The notes under the pieces are model-generated. The model was not told the DNA's origin. It searched no databases and was given only the letters and a program-made list of their open reading frames with translations. A stretch of DNA of 64,000 nt, taken from the IMG/VR virus record IMGVR_UViG_3300047174_000111, positions 32,572-96,571 of that record; one strand, given 5' to 3'. The stretch is from a virus. The position numbers and the translations under genes were made by a program. Numbering within the stretch: position 1 is the stretch's first letter; every line of letters starts with the position of its first letter. This document shows, in pieces, positions 36,411 to 46,209 of this stretch.

Positions 36411-36444
36411 GGCCCGGATCACCACGATCCGGGCCGCTTCTCTT
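36411..36444 (+). terminator. hairpin after capsid gene
   Basis: GGCCCGGATC-ACCAC-GATCCGGGCC then pyrimidine tract. Confidence 0.6.
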
Positions 36445-36455
36445 GAGGAACCACG

Positions 36456-36707
36456 ATGCCTTATCTGAAAGTCCCGGCCGGCGCGACCCAGATCGGGCTG
36501 CACAACCAGACGTTCGAAGCCGTTGCCGGGCTGATCGATATCAGCACCGCGGCGCTGTACGTCGTCAAGGACCTGATCGCCCTGGCCGGCTGCAAGCAGG
36601 TCTCCGACGACGAGGCGGTCAAGACGATCGCCGCAGCAAAGCAGGGCGAGACCAAGCAGGACGACGATCCGCCGCCGAAGGATCCAAAGGTCACTAAGAA
36701 GCCGTAG
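36456..36707 (+). CDS. small virion-module protein
   Basis: GAGG RBS; position after capsid gene. Confidence 0.7.
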   Translation: MPYLKVPAGATQIGLHNQTFEAVAGLIDISTAALYVVKDLIALAGCKQVSDDEAVKTIAAAKQGETKQDDDPPPKDPKVTKKP

Positions 36708-36711
36708 CGTC

Positions 36712-37293
36712 GTGGCTGCGCCGCTCGACTTCTTCTCGCTGACCGACGCCAAGACCTATCTCGGCATCGCTCTGACCGACACGTCTCAGGACGCGCTGCT
36801 GGAGCTGATCCTGCCGTCCGCGACCCAGGCCGTGGTCGACCTGCTCTGCTGGGACCCGAACAGCCAGGAGGTCAACGAGCGCTACAACGGCACCGGCGCA
36901 CCGGCGATCGTGGTCAACCGGAAGTGCATCTCCGCGGTCGCATCCGTCGCGATCGAGAACCCGATCACCGGCACGCAGAACGTGCTGGACCCGTCGCACT
37001 ATTTTTTCGACGGGCAGAAGATCCTGTCGCGGCGCGGTCCTTACCCGCGCGGCCAGAAGAACATCATCGTCAGCTACACGGCCGGCCTGGTACCGATCCC
37101 GGCCAGCATCGTCCTGGCCGCCAAGATGACCCTCAAGGCGATGTGGAGCGGCAAGGACTTCGAGCAAAACGCGACAGGATCGGAAGTGCCCGACGTCGAA
37201 AGCCTGACGTTCTGGCCGACCGGGCCGGGCGCAGTGCCGCCGCAGGCCCGCAGCCTGCTCATGAAATACCGCATCGAGATGCTGGTCAGCTGA
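36712..37293 (+). CDS. head-tail adaptor (gp6-like)
   Basis: LTDAKTYLGI...DALL..I..A...VSYTAG...P..I..A...LL.KYR. Confidence 0.85.
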   Translation: MAAPLDFFSLTDAKTYLGIALTDTSQDALLELILPSATQAVVDLLCWDPNSQEVNERYNGTGAPAIVVNRKCISAVASVAIENPITGTQNVLDPSHYFFDGQKILSRRGPYPRGQKNIIVSYTAGLVPIPASIVLAAKMTLKAMWSGKDFEQNATGSEVPDVESLTFWPTGPGAVPPQARSLLMKYRIEMLVS

Positions 37294-37347
37294 CGCGGGG
37301 ACCACGCCGGTTGCTCCAAGGCGTGAGATAATCTCGGGAGACCGGCG

Positions 37348-38988
37348 ATGCGCCGCTTTCTGCTCACGTCCACCTGTTGTCTTGCGCTGCTCGCCGCCGC
37401 TGACCTCGCCGAGGCGCAGACGCGCGGTAGTGCGAGTCTGCCTGCCGCGACAACCGCCCAGCTCTACGGCGGATCGGGCGCGGCGGGGTCGGCTTCCGTG
37501 GTGGGCGTCGGAACGGGCCTAGCGCTGTCGGGCGGCTCGCTCTACGCGACTGGCACGAGCACGACGCCGCTTGGTTCGACGTGCTCCGCGACGGCGCCGA
37601 GCCGGTCTGGGGACGTGACCACGGGGCTCGCGTCCCTGGCAGGGGCGCGAGTGGATATCTGCGCGGGCGGCAGTCAGGCGGGTGAGTTCTCCGGCTCGGG
37701 CACGCTGACGCTCGGGGCGTCGGGTCAACATGGTATTATTCAGACGACGGGCACGTCTGGCCTATACCTGAACACACCCGCCTTAACGTCTTTCACGGAA
37801 ATTCAACAAGCCGGGACCGCCCTGATCGATTTCGGCGAGTCGGTTCCCGCAATTTATCCGCATGTTCCTTTGTGGTTCGGAAACATTGTTTGGACTAACA
37901 CCCACGACGTTGCCCCGCTTTTTCAGAACGTCCAGGTTTCTGGCACGACATCAGCTTCTTCCGCGGGCATGGGTTTATGGATGCACCAGTCGGACAACTC
38001 GTCAAACACCGGCGGCAATCAAGCGGGCCTTTACGAATTGTTGTCCGTGGACGCACAACCCGGCGGCGTCCCAAGCAGCATGTTCGGCACGCGCAATGCG
38101 GCGCAGATAGGGTTCACACTCAACGTGCCGTCAGCAAATCTCGCCGCGACGGAATATGGCGGTATGTTCGGTCCGTTCTGCAATCTTCTGGCCACCGATG
38201 GCCCAGCAAATAACACCCTCGGCGGTTCGTGTTTTGGTCTGAACCCAATTGCTCATGCCGGACCGAACATTTACGCTCAGGAGATTAGCGTCGGCGAGGC
38301 GGACAACTGGATTGAGTCTGGAGCAACGGTCCTAGACAGCTTTGGCTGGAAAGTCGCGTCCTCAAACGGCACTGTCTCCGGCGCGGTTGGTCATCAAGCG
38401 CAGCGTGACGATGCCGCGTTACTTATCGGACAGTCTTACATTAGCGCTCCTGGCCAAGGGTGGCGCAACGCGTTTCAGATCGGCTCCTACGCTGGCTTTT
38501 TTGCTGGTGCGACGGACGGCAATCTGATGACTGCTAGATCTCATGTGGACAATCTCACCGCAGACCCGCAAATACTCGCTAATGGGCTCTACTTTCCAAA
38601 CCTGACTATCACAAACCAAGCAATAAATTTCGGCGGCAAGTTTATCGTCACTGGGGCAGGTGGCACTCAGGCCACGTCCTTGACCACCAATGGCGGCGAA
38701 TTTGCGCATCGCAATGCCATCTCGGACGCGAATTACACAGCTACCTCGAATGACGACGTCATCGCCTACACGACCTTAACAGCTTCCCGCACACTAACTA
38801 TCCCGTGCGCCTCGCTAGGCACTGCAACCAACCCTCAGAAGATTATCGTCAAGGACGAGAGCGGTTCGGCTGGCACCTTTCCTATTTCTCTCGCAGCCAC
38901 GATCGACGGATCGACCACGAAAGCCATCAACACCGCCTACGGCTCGATGCGGCTGTACGCCAATGGAGCGGCCTGCTTCACCTGGTGA
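37348..38988 (+). CDS. signal-peptide-bearing beta-rich fibre-like protein
   Basis: MRRFLL..LALLAAADLAEA|Q; C-terminal Y.....D.VI......TLTIP...IIVKDESG...TIDG..T..IN..YGS fibre-type domain. Confidence 0.7.
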   Translation: MRRFLLTSTCCLALLAAADLAEAQTRGSASLPAATTAQLYGGSGAAGSASVVGVGTGLALSGGSLYATGTSTTPLGSTCSATAPSRSGDVTTGLASLAGARVDICAGGSQAGEFSGSGTLTLGASGQHGIIQTTGTSGLYLNTPALTSFTEIQQAGTALIDFGESVPAIYPHVPLWFGNIVWTNTHDVAPLFQNVQVSGTTSASSAGMGLWMHQSDNSSNTGGNQAGLYELLSVDAQPGGVPSSMFGTRNAAQIGFTLNVPSANLAATEYGGMFGPFCNLLATDGPANNTLGGSCFGLNPIAHAGPNIYAQEISVGEADNWIESGATVLDSFGWKVASSNGTVSGAVGHQAQRDDAALLIGQSYISAPGQGWRNAFQIGSYAGFFAGATDGNLMTARSHVDNLTADPQILANGLYFPNLTITNQAINFGGKFIVTGAGGTQATSLTTNGGEFAHRNAISDANYTATSNDDVIAYTTLTASRTLTIPCASLGTATNPQKIIVKDESGSAGTFPISLAATIDGSTTKAINTAYGSMRLYANGAACFTW

Positions 38989-39050
38989 GGTGGCTTGCGG
39001 CGGGGACCAAGCGCCGCGCCATCAGCAGCCGAGACAGTCAGGGGCGCGCC

Positions 39051-39353
39051 ATGGGGCAGATGTTCACCCAGGATTACTCCTGCAGCGTCGGAGCAACCGC
39101 GCAGCAGGTCTGGACGACGGCGCAGCTGCCGATCGGGATGAGCTATATGCGCCTGTTCAACGCATCCCCCGTTGGCGGCGCGACGATCTGGTACTCGCGC
39201 AACGGCCAACCCGCGGCAGCGAACGCCCCGGGGTCGCTGTCTTTGGCCCCTGGCCAGGATGAGACCTGGAAAGTGCCGCAGCCCCCTCCGTTCAACAACT
39301 TGTCGGCCATCGCCGTGGGCGGCACCGGATCTTTGACGGCGGAAGTGGGATGA
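39051..39353 (+). CDS. small beta-rich virion-type protein
   Basis: follows late motif; ATGA-coupled to next gene. Confidence 0.65.
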   Translation: MGQMFTQDYSCSVGATAQQVWTTAQLPIGMSYMRLFNASPVGGATIWYSRNGQPAAANAPGSLSLAPGQDETWKVPQPPPFNNLSAIAVGGTGSLTAEVG

Positions 39354-40450
39354 ATCTCCGCCTCAAGCCCCGCGCGGCGGCCGCGCTACTGGCTATCGGA
39401 GCCGCTCTGGCGACCGACCAAGCGGCGCGCGCGGCTGACATCGCGACAATCTATAACGGACCCGCCGGAGGCCCGCTGGAGCGTATCCCTGGGGTCGTCA
39501 TTATGTGCCCCTCGATTGACGGCAGCGTGACTGCGGTCCCGTGTGTCTTCGGGTCGGGCGGGTCCGGCGGCTCAGGCGGTCCCGTAACGCAATCCGGCAG
39601 CTGGACCGTTGGCCTGACGAGCGGCACCACCGTCGGCCTCTCGGCCGGCTCGGCCGTGATCGGCGGCGTGACGCAGAGCGGCTCATGGTCGGTCTCGCTC
39701 GGCGGCACTTTGCCGGCTTTCGCGGCCACGCCAACCTTCAACCTCGGGACCGCACCGTCGCTCGCGATTTCAAACTTCCCGGCCACCCAGGCGGTGTCAG
39801 GCACCGTCGGACTATCCGGGACATTGCCAGCCTTCGCGTCGCCGCCCACCGTGAACCTTGGGAGCAGTGTGACGCTGGGCGGGACGCTTCCGGCCTTTGG
39901 CGCGACGCCCACGTTCAACCTCGGAACGGCGCCGTCGCTGACGATCGGGAATTTCCCATCGACTCAGACCGTTGCTGGCACTGTGTCGTTAGGTTCCGCG
40001 ATCCCCAGCGGGACTAATACGATTGGTGCTGTACAAGGCCCTACTGCTTCCGGCTCACAGGCGCAAAACCCACCCATCCAGATGGGCGGGGTGGATGGCA
40101 GCGGCAATGTGCGGACGGTGCTGACGGACACGAGCGGGCGCGTCATTACAATGCCCGGAAATTCACCCGGCACGGACAGCAGCGCCAACGCACCATCCGG
40201 GTTATCGACAACGCTGACGAGTTTTACCGTCACAACGCCGGGAGCTTACTACGTGCAAAACCAGTCTGCCGCACCCATCCAAGTTGATCTTTGCACAAGC
40301 GTCGGCGTGAACTGCACGATTGTCCTGCTTGCGTCAGGGGGCGCGGCAGGGGCGCAGGGCGCAGACACGACACCACCGATACCTTGGTTCACCGGCTACG
40401 TGGCTGTGGTGGGCGCGTCAGGTTCACAGATCGCGGCGAGGCACAACTGA
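39350..40450 (+). CDS. signal-peptide-bearing repeat fibre-like protein
   Basis: MNLRLKPRAAAALLAIGAALA..ARA|A; GTLPAF..PT.NLG x3, NFP.TQ.V.GTV x2. Confidence 0.7.
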   Translation: MNLRLKPRAAAALLAIGAALATDQAARAADIATIYNGPAGGPLERIPGVVIMCPSIDGSVTAVPCVFGSGGSGGSGGPVTQSGSWTVGLTSGTTVGLSAGSAVIGGVTQSGSWSVSLGGTLPAFAATPTFNLGTAPSLAISNFPATQAVSGTVGLSGTLPAFASPPTVNLGSSVTLGGTLPAFGATPTFNLGTAPSLTIGNFPSTQTVAGTVSLGSAIPSGTNTIGAVQGPTASGSQAQNPPIQMGGVDGSGNVRTVLTDTSGRVITMPGNSPGTDSSANAPSGLSTTLTSFTVTTPGAYYVQNQSAAPIQVDLCTSVGVNCTIVLLASGGAAGAQGADTTPPIPWFTGYVAVVGASGSQIAARHN

Positions 40451-42870
40451 TGACGACGATCGTGATCCGTGCGTTGCTGCTGGCGGCGCTGCTGTGCTCG
40501 TCTGCGTTGGCTGGACAACCCCCCGTCGTGCCAGCATCCCCTGGTGTTGCCGGCATTCTTGCCCCATCGCCAGTCCCGCGCGTCATCAACAGCGGGGTGC
40601 ACCCGCAATCAATGTTGCGCACGGCCATTTCTCAAGTGGAGCAAGGCAACCACGTCATTGTTTGTCATGTCGGCGACAGCGTTGGGACCGGACCGGATGT
40701 TCTGAATGCTACCAGTGGAACAACTGCCGTAGCTGCCGCATCGGTCAACGCTGTGGATGGGATGTGGTATCAGGAGATCAGGGCGTTCCTTGATCAAAAC
40801 CCCGGCGTCGTATTTGATTTTTTGAACCGCGGCATTCCGGGTTTAGGCACGTCCAGTTACCTTGGGAACGCTTACTCCCAAGCCAGCACCAACGGCCAGT
40901 TGTGGTACACCAGCGCGGCAAACTGGTATCAGTTTGTTGCGCTAAACCCGCAAACCGGCTACGTCCCGTCTCCTATTGCTTTGTCGCACGGTTGCGACAT
41001 CATTATCATGGCGTTTGGTCTGAATGACTCTTGGAACCTCTCTCCTGTAACCCTTTGGTCAATTAAAAACATACATTGGAACACCTCCCCATTTTCCTCG
41101 CGGCCGGGCATCATATGGATAACGAGTCCGAGCGCCAATCCGAATGCCGGGCCGCCCTACAGCTTGCCCAACTACGTCGCAGGCTACATCGCGAACGGTT
41201 CGCTCGTTCGCTCTGCGGCACAGGTCGGCGCATCAGGGTTTAGTAGCGCATTCGCAGCGCCTGTCGGCACCGAAGGTGTAATTGACTATGGTCGGTTTTT
41301 TCAAATGGCCGTTTTGGGTAAAGATTATCAAGATCAAGTATCAACCAATAATTTATCCGCGCTCCAAGCGGCGATAGGCGGCAGCACATACACGTTCCAG
41401 AACGGCAACGCTACGGGTTCGATTTCCGGCTCAATCTATACGGTCACGGCTGTAAACTCAGGCACGGTGAAAGAGGGGCAGATAATTGCGTCTGCCACGG
41501 CGCGGACACAAATCACAGGTTTTGTTAGCGGCAGCGGAACCTACGGCGGCCCTGGTCAATACACCATCGACACATCGCAAACACAGTCAAGTTTTACGAG
41601 TAACCTTCAAGATACGGTGGTGTTGCCCGGAGTAGACGGGGATTTTCAGGTCGGCGGATGCTTTCTGGGGCTCATGACAAGTTTTGTCGGACAGAACGGT
41701 ATTTCGCTCGGTGTGTCGTCCATGAACGGCAACTCACAACCCCTGTCAACTTTTCAAGTTACCGCCACAAGCACGACCGGAATATTACTTAATTACAACG
41801 CAGGAAGCACTATTGCCCTATCGCGAGGCTTCTCGGTCACGTCGCTGCCGGATTTTTGCGTCAGCATGAGCGTGAAACAAAACTTGGTAAGCTTGACGAC
41901 AAACGGAAAAAACTGGACAAACAATTTTATTAAGGCAGAAGCCCCGTTTAACCCTTACATAACACTGCTTAGCTCAGTGACAGCGCCAGTTACATTGACG
42001 TTCACATCCTGGGCGGCTGGGGCTGCGCACAGTTACAACCCTATTTTTTCAGAAGGCCTTGCCTACGGCCAGGGCACGGTATCGACCGCGATCCCGAGCG
42101 CCACGACCAACGCCGGAAGCGCGGTCATCAATTTCGCCTCTCTGCCCACGCCTCCCGGTGGCGGTGCCACGCTGGCCGGATTGCAAATCAGTGATGTCCC
42201 GGTCCCGACTGCTATCCCTGCCGGGACCACGGTGTTGTCAATGAGCGGCGCCATCGGTGGCGCCGGATCAATCACGATGAGCAACAACGCAGCTTATCAG
42301 ATATGCGGCACGCTGCCTTGCACGACCGATGTGATTGCGTTCGGAAACACCCTGGGGTCGAGTGGCGGGAATTTCATAAACCACCCCGCCTCTCCCGCGC
42401 TCAACTACGCTTTGGCGAGCGCGCTTCAGGCGTCCGACCTTTGCCTGATATGCTACGCCACGTCTGGCGCAAATCAGGCGTATAGCACGGTGGTTGTAAC
42501 GACCGGCGCGACAACCGTGGCAACTCCGGGCCTTTTAGGGCTGACGCTCAACCCATCTGGGACGATTGCGGCGCACACCACCACGCTGCCAACCAACCCG
42601 CAGAACAATCAACGCTTTACCCTGCGCTCGACGCAGACCGTAACGGCCGAAACGGTGCAGGTGTCCAGCACGCCGAGCGGGCAGAGCATATCGTCGGCAT
42701 ATACAGCAGGAGGGACGCTCACGCCCAGCACGCCGATCACTCTTACCTACAACCAAAGTTTGAACCTTTGGGCACCTCGGCGGCGGCGGTATGCCGCGGA
42801 TGGTCGCCGAAGGTCTAGAAAACGTACCCCTCAGCTCGCAGGCACGGAGAAAAACGCACAACATGGTTGA
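40450..42870 (+). CDS. signal-peptide-bearing SGNH/GDSL hydrolase-like protein
   Basis: MTTIVIRALLLAALLCSSALA|G; VGDSV, NRGIPG, FGLND, distant NFINHP. Confidence 0.75.
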   Translation: MTTIVIRALLLAALLCSSALAGQPPVVPASPGVAGILAPSPVPRVINSGVHPQSMLRTAISQVEQGNHVIVCHVGDSVGTGPDVLNATSGTTAVAAASVNAVDGMWYQEIRAFLDQNPGVVFDFLNRGIPGLGTSSYLGNAYSQASTNGQLWYTSAANWYQFVALNPQTGYVPSPIALSHGCDIIIMAFGLNDSWNLSPVTLWSIKNIHWNTSPFSSRPGIIWITSPSANPNAGPPYSLPNYVAGYIANGSLVRSAAQVGASGFSSAFAAPVGTEGVIDYGRFFQMAVLGKDYQDQVSTNNLSALQAAIGGSTYTFQNGNATGSISGSIYTVTAVNSGTVKEGQIIASATARTQITGFVSGSGTYGGPGQYTIDTSQTQSSFTSNLQDTVVLPGVDGDFQVGGCFLGLMTSFVGQNGISLGVSSMNGNSQPLSTFQVTATSTTGILLNYNAGSTIALSRGFSVTSLPDFCVSMSVKQNLVSLTTNGKNWTNNFIKAEAPFNPYITLLSSVTAPVTLTFTSWAAGAAHSYNPIFSEGLAYGQGTVSTAIPSATTNAGSAVINFASLPTPPGGGATLAGLQISDVPVPTAIPAGTTVLSMSGAIGGAGSITMSNNAAYQICGTLPCTTDVIAFGNTLGSSGGNFINHPASPALNYALASALQASDLCLICYATSGANQAYSTVVVTTGATTVATPGLLGLTLNPSGTIAAHTTTLPTNPQNNQRFTLRSTQTVTAETVQVSSTPSGQSISSAYTAGGTLTPSTPITLTYNQSLNLWAPRRRRYAADGRRRSRKRTPQLAGTEKNAQHG

Positions 42871-43023
42871 CCTCCACCCCATCTACTCCGGTGCCGCCGA
42901 GCTTTTGCGGATTGAACCCACGTGGTTCGGCGAGGCGGGGAGCGGGTTGGTTGCTGCCGGTCATCGGGGCGAGATAGGTGCTTACATGCTTGACGACGGA
43001 GCTGTTACAAAATTTAGGCTGAG

Positions 43024-43377
43024 ATGACCACGCTCTACGCCGATCGCACCAAGGAGACGGCCCAGGTCACCGGCACCGCAGCGGTTCCGCTTGCGGGCGC
43101 GGAGAAGGGCTTCCGGTCATTTGCCGGCGCTGGCCTCGCCAACGGCCAGGACACGTATTTCTGCATCTCCGACCCGGTCACCGGCGACTGGGAGATCCAG
43201 CGCAACACCTACGCCGCCAGCACCAACACCCTGAACCGCGCCGCGGCCGCACCCTATGGCGTCGTCTCCAGCTCCAACGGCAATGCCCTGGTGAACTTCC
43301 AGGGCAACGCCTGCGACGTGTTCATGACGATCCCGGCTGTCGTGATCAACGCCCTGCTCGCGCTACCTGGGGCCTGA
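43024..43377 (+). CDS. small virion structural protein
   Basis: ADRTKET...GT...LAGA..GFRSF...WEI motif typical of fibre-attachment N-termini. Confidence 0.7.
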   Translation: MTTLYADRTKETAQVTGTAAVPLAGAEKGFRSFAGAGLANGQDTYFCISDPVTGDWEIQRNTYAASTNTLNRAAAAPYGVVSSSNGNALVNFQGNACDVFMTIPAVVINALLALPGA

Positions 43378-43378
43378 T

Positions 43379-44074
43379 TTGGACGCCTGGCTCGGCTATG
43401 GCGCGGTTGGCGAGGCGGCGGGGTCGGACGCCGACCGTCCGCCTGACGCACAGCCGACAGCGGCCACCGTCCCCGCGACCGTCGCGACCACGGGCGTGCT
43501 GGGGCGCGTCGCGGCCGCCACGCGGCGCATGGGCACGCTGGTGATCCTGCGCAATCCCACGTCCGGCTCGGGGCCGGTTCAGAGCCCATACCCACCCACG
43601 CTGGATGGCCCGGTGCTGGCCCAGGCCTACCCGGGTGCTGCCACGCTCATCGCGATCAATGCCGACGAGGCGCTGGGCCAGATCATCGCGGGCGACGAGA
43701 TCACCATCGCCGGCGTGCCTTACGTGGTGATCGACGGCGGATCGAGCAGGCCGTTCAGCGCCGCCACGCCCGGCTTCGACGGCATCCGCATCTCGCCCCC
43801 GCTCGCCGCGCCCGCGGCCGCCGGCACACCGCTCAGCTTCGTCTGGGAGAGCGATATCTACGTCTACGCGCGCATCACGTCGTTCCCCGGCACGCTGGTC
43901 GATGGGTCGCTCGTGCTGATGGAGGACCTGCAGGTCACGATCCCGGCGCAGGGAATCTCCAGGCCGGCGAACAACGCCAAGCTGATCATCGGCTCTGACA
44001 TCCGGTCGGTCGTGACCAGCCTGCCGATCTACGCCAACGGCCAGATCGTGCGCTGGCAGCTCCAGGCCCGCTGA
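43379..44074 (+). CDS. head-closure/joining-like protein (start uncertain)
   Basis: C-terminal VDGSLV..D..V...P....LII...VV...P......W.LQAR. Confidence 0.6.
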   Translation: MDAWLGYGAVGEAAGSDADRPPDAQPTAATVPATVATTGVLGRVAAATRRMGTLVILRNPTSGSGPVQSPYPPTLDGPVLAQAYPGAATLIAINADEALGQIIAGDEITIAGVPYVVIDGGSSRPFSAATPGFDGIRISPPLAAPAAAGTPLSFVWESDIYVYARITSFPGTLVDGSLVLMEDLQVTIPAQGISRPANNAKLIIGSDIRSVVTSLPIYANGQIVRWQLQAR

Positions 44075-44126
44075 CGCGGGGACCACGCGAGAGGCTGATC
44101 CGACCCGCTGATGCGGGGGATTGAGC

Positions 44127-45161
44127 GTGGCGGTTAAGGCATTCGACGGCTTCGACAATTACCTCGGCACGAACGACCTGCTGCAACGGCAGGGCTTTCT
44201 CCAGTGGATCACGGGCAACGTCGTCAGCTGGCGTACCGGTCTGCTGGGATACGGGAATTGCGCCTATCTCAACGCCCCCGGCGGACTGACCGGATCGCTC
44301 GCCACGCCCCTGGGAACTTTTTTCATGGGCTGCAGGCTTCAGTCTTATGCCGGGAATCAGTTCGGCGTCACGATCATCGACGAGCTGTCGGGCGGCGTCC
44401 AGTTCCAGGTCCAATTCTATCCCTCTGGCCAGATCGTCGTGTACCGCAGCACGGGCGGCACGCAGGTCATGATCGCGGAGAGCGGGCTCAACTCGTTCGT
44501 CCCGACGGCGACGAACTACATCGAGGTCGGCGGCACGATCAGCTCGACCGCGGGCACCGTCACGGTCCGCGTGAACGGCCAAGTGATCTCTGGATGCACC
44601 TGCACCGGAGTGAACAACCAGGCGACTGCCAACGCCTCGATGAGCGGGCTCGACATCGGCGCCGGAAGCTATCTGTCGGTCGACGACTTCTATCTTTGCG
44701 ACAGCACGACCGGATCAGGCGTCGTGCCGGGCAACACCTTTCTCGGTGACGTGAAGATCCAGACTGTCAACACCACGGGCAACGTCTCGGTCGCCTGGAG
44801 CCCTCTCGCGAACACGAACTGGCAGGAAGTCTCCGAGGTCCAGGGCGACGGCGATAGCAGCTATAATGCTACAGGCACGGTCGGCGCCACGGACAGCTTC
44901 ACGTTCGGATCGGTCACCGCCGTCACGAACCAGATCATCGCGGTCCAGGTCATGGGCATGTACCGCAAGGATGACGCATCGACCCACACGGTGCAGCAGC
45001 AGCTCACGTCGAGCAGCACGACCGTCGAGGGGACGACGGTGTCGATCCCCAACACCTACATCTTCCTCGCCGATCTCTGGAGCGCCGACCCGAGCACCGG
45101 CGCGGGCTGGACGCCGAGCGCCGTCAACTCGCTCAAGGCCGGCTATACGCTGGTGAGCTGA
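44127..45161 (+). CDS. virion structural protein (lectin-like beta)
   Basis: FDGFD...YIEV...VRVNG...DDFYLCD...FLGDV. Confidence 0.7.
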   Translation: MAVKAFDGFDNYLGTNDLLQRQGFLQWITGNVVSWRTGLLGYGNCAYLNAPGGLTGSLATPLGTFFMGCRLQSYAGNQFGVTIIDELSGGVQFQVQFYPSGQIVVYRSTGGTQVMIAESGLNSFVPTATNYIEVGGTISSTAGTVTVRVNGQVISGCTCTGVNNQATANASMSGLDIGAGSYLSVDDFYLCDSTTGSGVVPGNTFLGDVKIQTVNTTGNVSVAWSPLANTNWQEVSEVQGDGDSSYNATGTVGATDSFTFGSVTAVTNQIIAVQVMGMYRKDDASTHTVQQQLTSSSTTVEGTTVSIPNTYIFLADLWSADPSTGAGWTPSAVNSLKAGYTLVS

Positions 45162-45162
45162 C

Positions 45163-45765
45163 ATGGCCGGCCGGGTCTCCCAGCTCATCATCGCGTCGAT
45201 CAACGGCGCGGCGTCGCAAGTCCGGTCGTCCCAGATGGTCATCTCGGCCGTGGCGAGCGCGAACAGCAAGATGCGCGTCTCCCAGGTGGTGATCGAGACC
45301 GTTTCGGGCGCCCTGTCGCTGACCCGCGCGTCCCAATCGACCATCGACGTGCTGATGTTCAACTGGTTCGCGCACGCCTCGCAGCTCGTGATCGAGATTC
45401 TGCTCTTCAACACCATCGCGAAAACCCCGACGTTCAACCCGGGCCAGATCCCCTACGTCGAGCTGACCGATACGCCACGCATGATCTCCAACCAGTTCGG
45501 GGACGGCTATGCCCAGGACAGTCCCGACGGCCTGAACGTCTGGACCGGCAAGGTCAACCTGACCTGGTCGCCCGTCCCGGTGGACACGGCCCTGGCGATC
45601 CGCAACTTCCTCCGTGCCCAGGTCGGCGCGCCGTTCTTCTACACGCTGCCGCGGGAGATCGCGCCGCGGCTGTGGGTCTGCACCTCGATGACGCGCAGCT
45701 ACCCGCATCCCGCCCAGGACAGCTTCGTGGCCACGTTCGAGGAGCGGTTCACCGAGACGACGTAG
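45163..45765 (+). CDS. second lambda gpM-like protein with N-terminal RxSQxxI repeats
   Basis: FGDGY.Q..PDGLN...F.YTLP...F.ERF. Confidence 0.75.
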   Translation: MAGRVSQLIIASINGAASQVRSSQMVISAVASANSKMRVSQVVIETVSGALSLTRASQSTIDVLMFNWFAHASQLVIEILLFNTIAKTPTFNPGQIPYVELTDTPRMISNQFGDGYAQDSPDGLNVWTGKVNLTWSPVPVDTALAIRNFLRAQVGAPFFYTLPREIAPRLWVCTSMTRSYPHPAQDSFVATFEERFTETT

Positions 45766-45798
45766 CCGCGGCGACCACGCCGCGCCAATGCTCGCTTC

Positions 45799-46209
45799 AT
45801 GGCAGACGAGTTCTCCGTCCAGGTCGGGCAATGGGTCGAAAAGGCGCTGGGCCGCGCGACCCAGGCGTTCCAGGCCACGGCCCAGGATGCCGTGGCGCGG
45901 GTCAAGGAACTGACGCCGGTCAAGACCGGCTACCTGCGCGCCAACTGGACCGCGATCCAGGGCGGCGATGCCGTGCCCGTGGCCGGAGCCGTGCCCGATC
46001 CCGCGGAGGCGATCGCGGCGCTGAAGATCGGCGATGTGGTCGCCATCGTGAACCCTGTCGTCTACGCGCGCCGCGTCGAGTTCGGGTTCGTCGGTCAGGA
46101 CTCCCTGGGGCGGCACTACAACCAGGCCGGTGCCGGGATGGTCCAGCAGACCATCATCGAGGTGCCCGAGATGGCCATGCAGGCCGTGACGCGGGTCTCG
46201 GGCGGATGA
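45799..46209 (+). CDS. HK97 gp10-like neck protein
   Basis: TPVKTGYLRANW...NPVVYARRVEFG...QA.AGMV. Confidence 0.85.
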   Translation: MADEFSVQVGQWVEKALGRATQAFQATAQDAVARVKELTPVKTGYLRANWTAIQGGDAVPVAGAVPDPAEAIAALKIGDVVAIVNPVVYARRVEFGFVGQDSLGRHYNQAGAGMVQQTIIEVPEMAMQAVTRVSGG

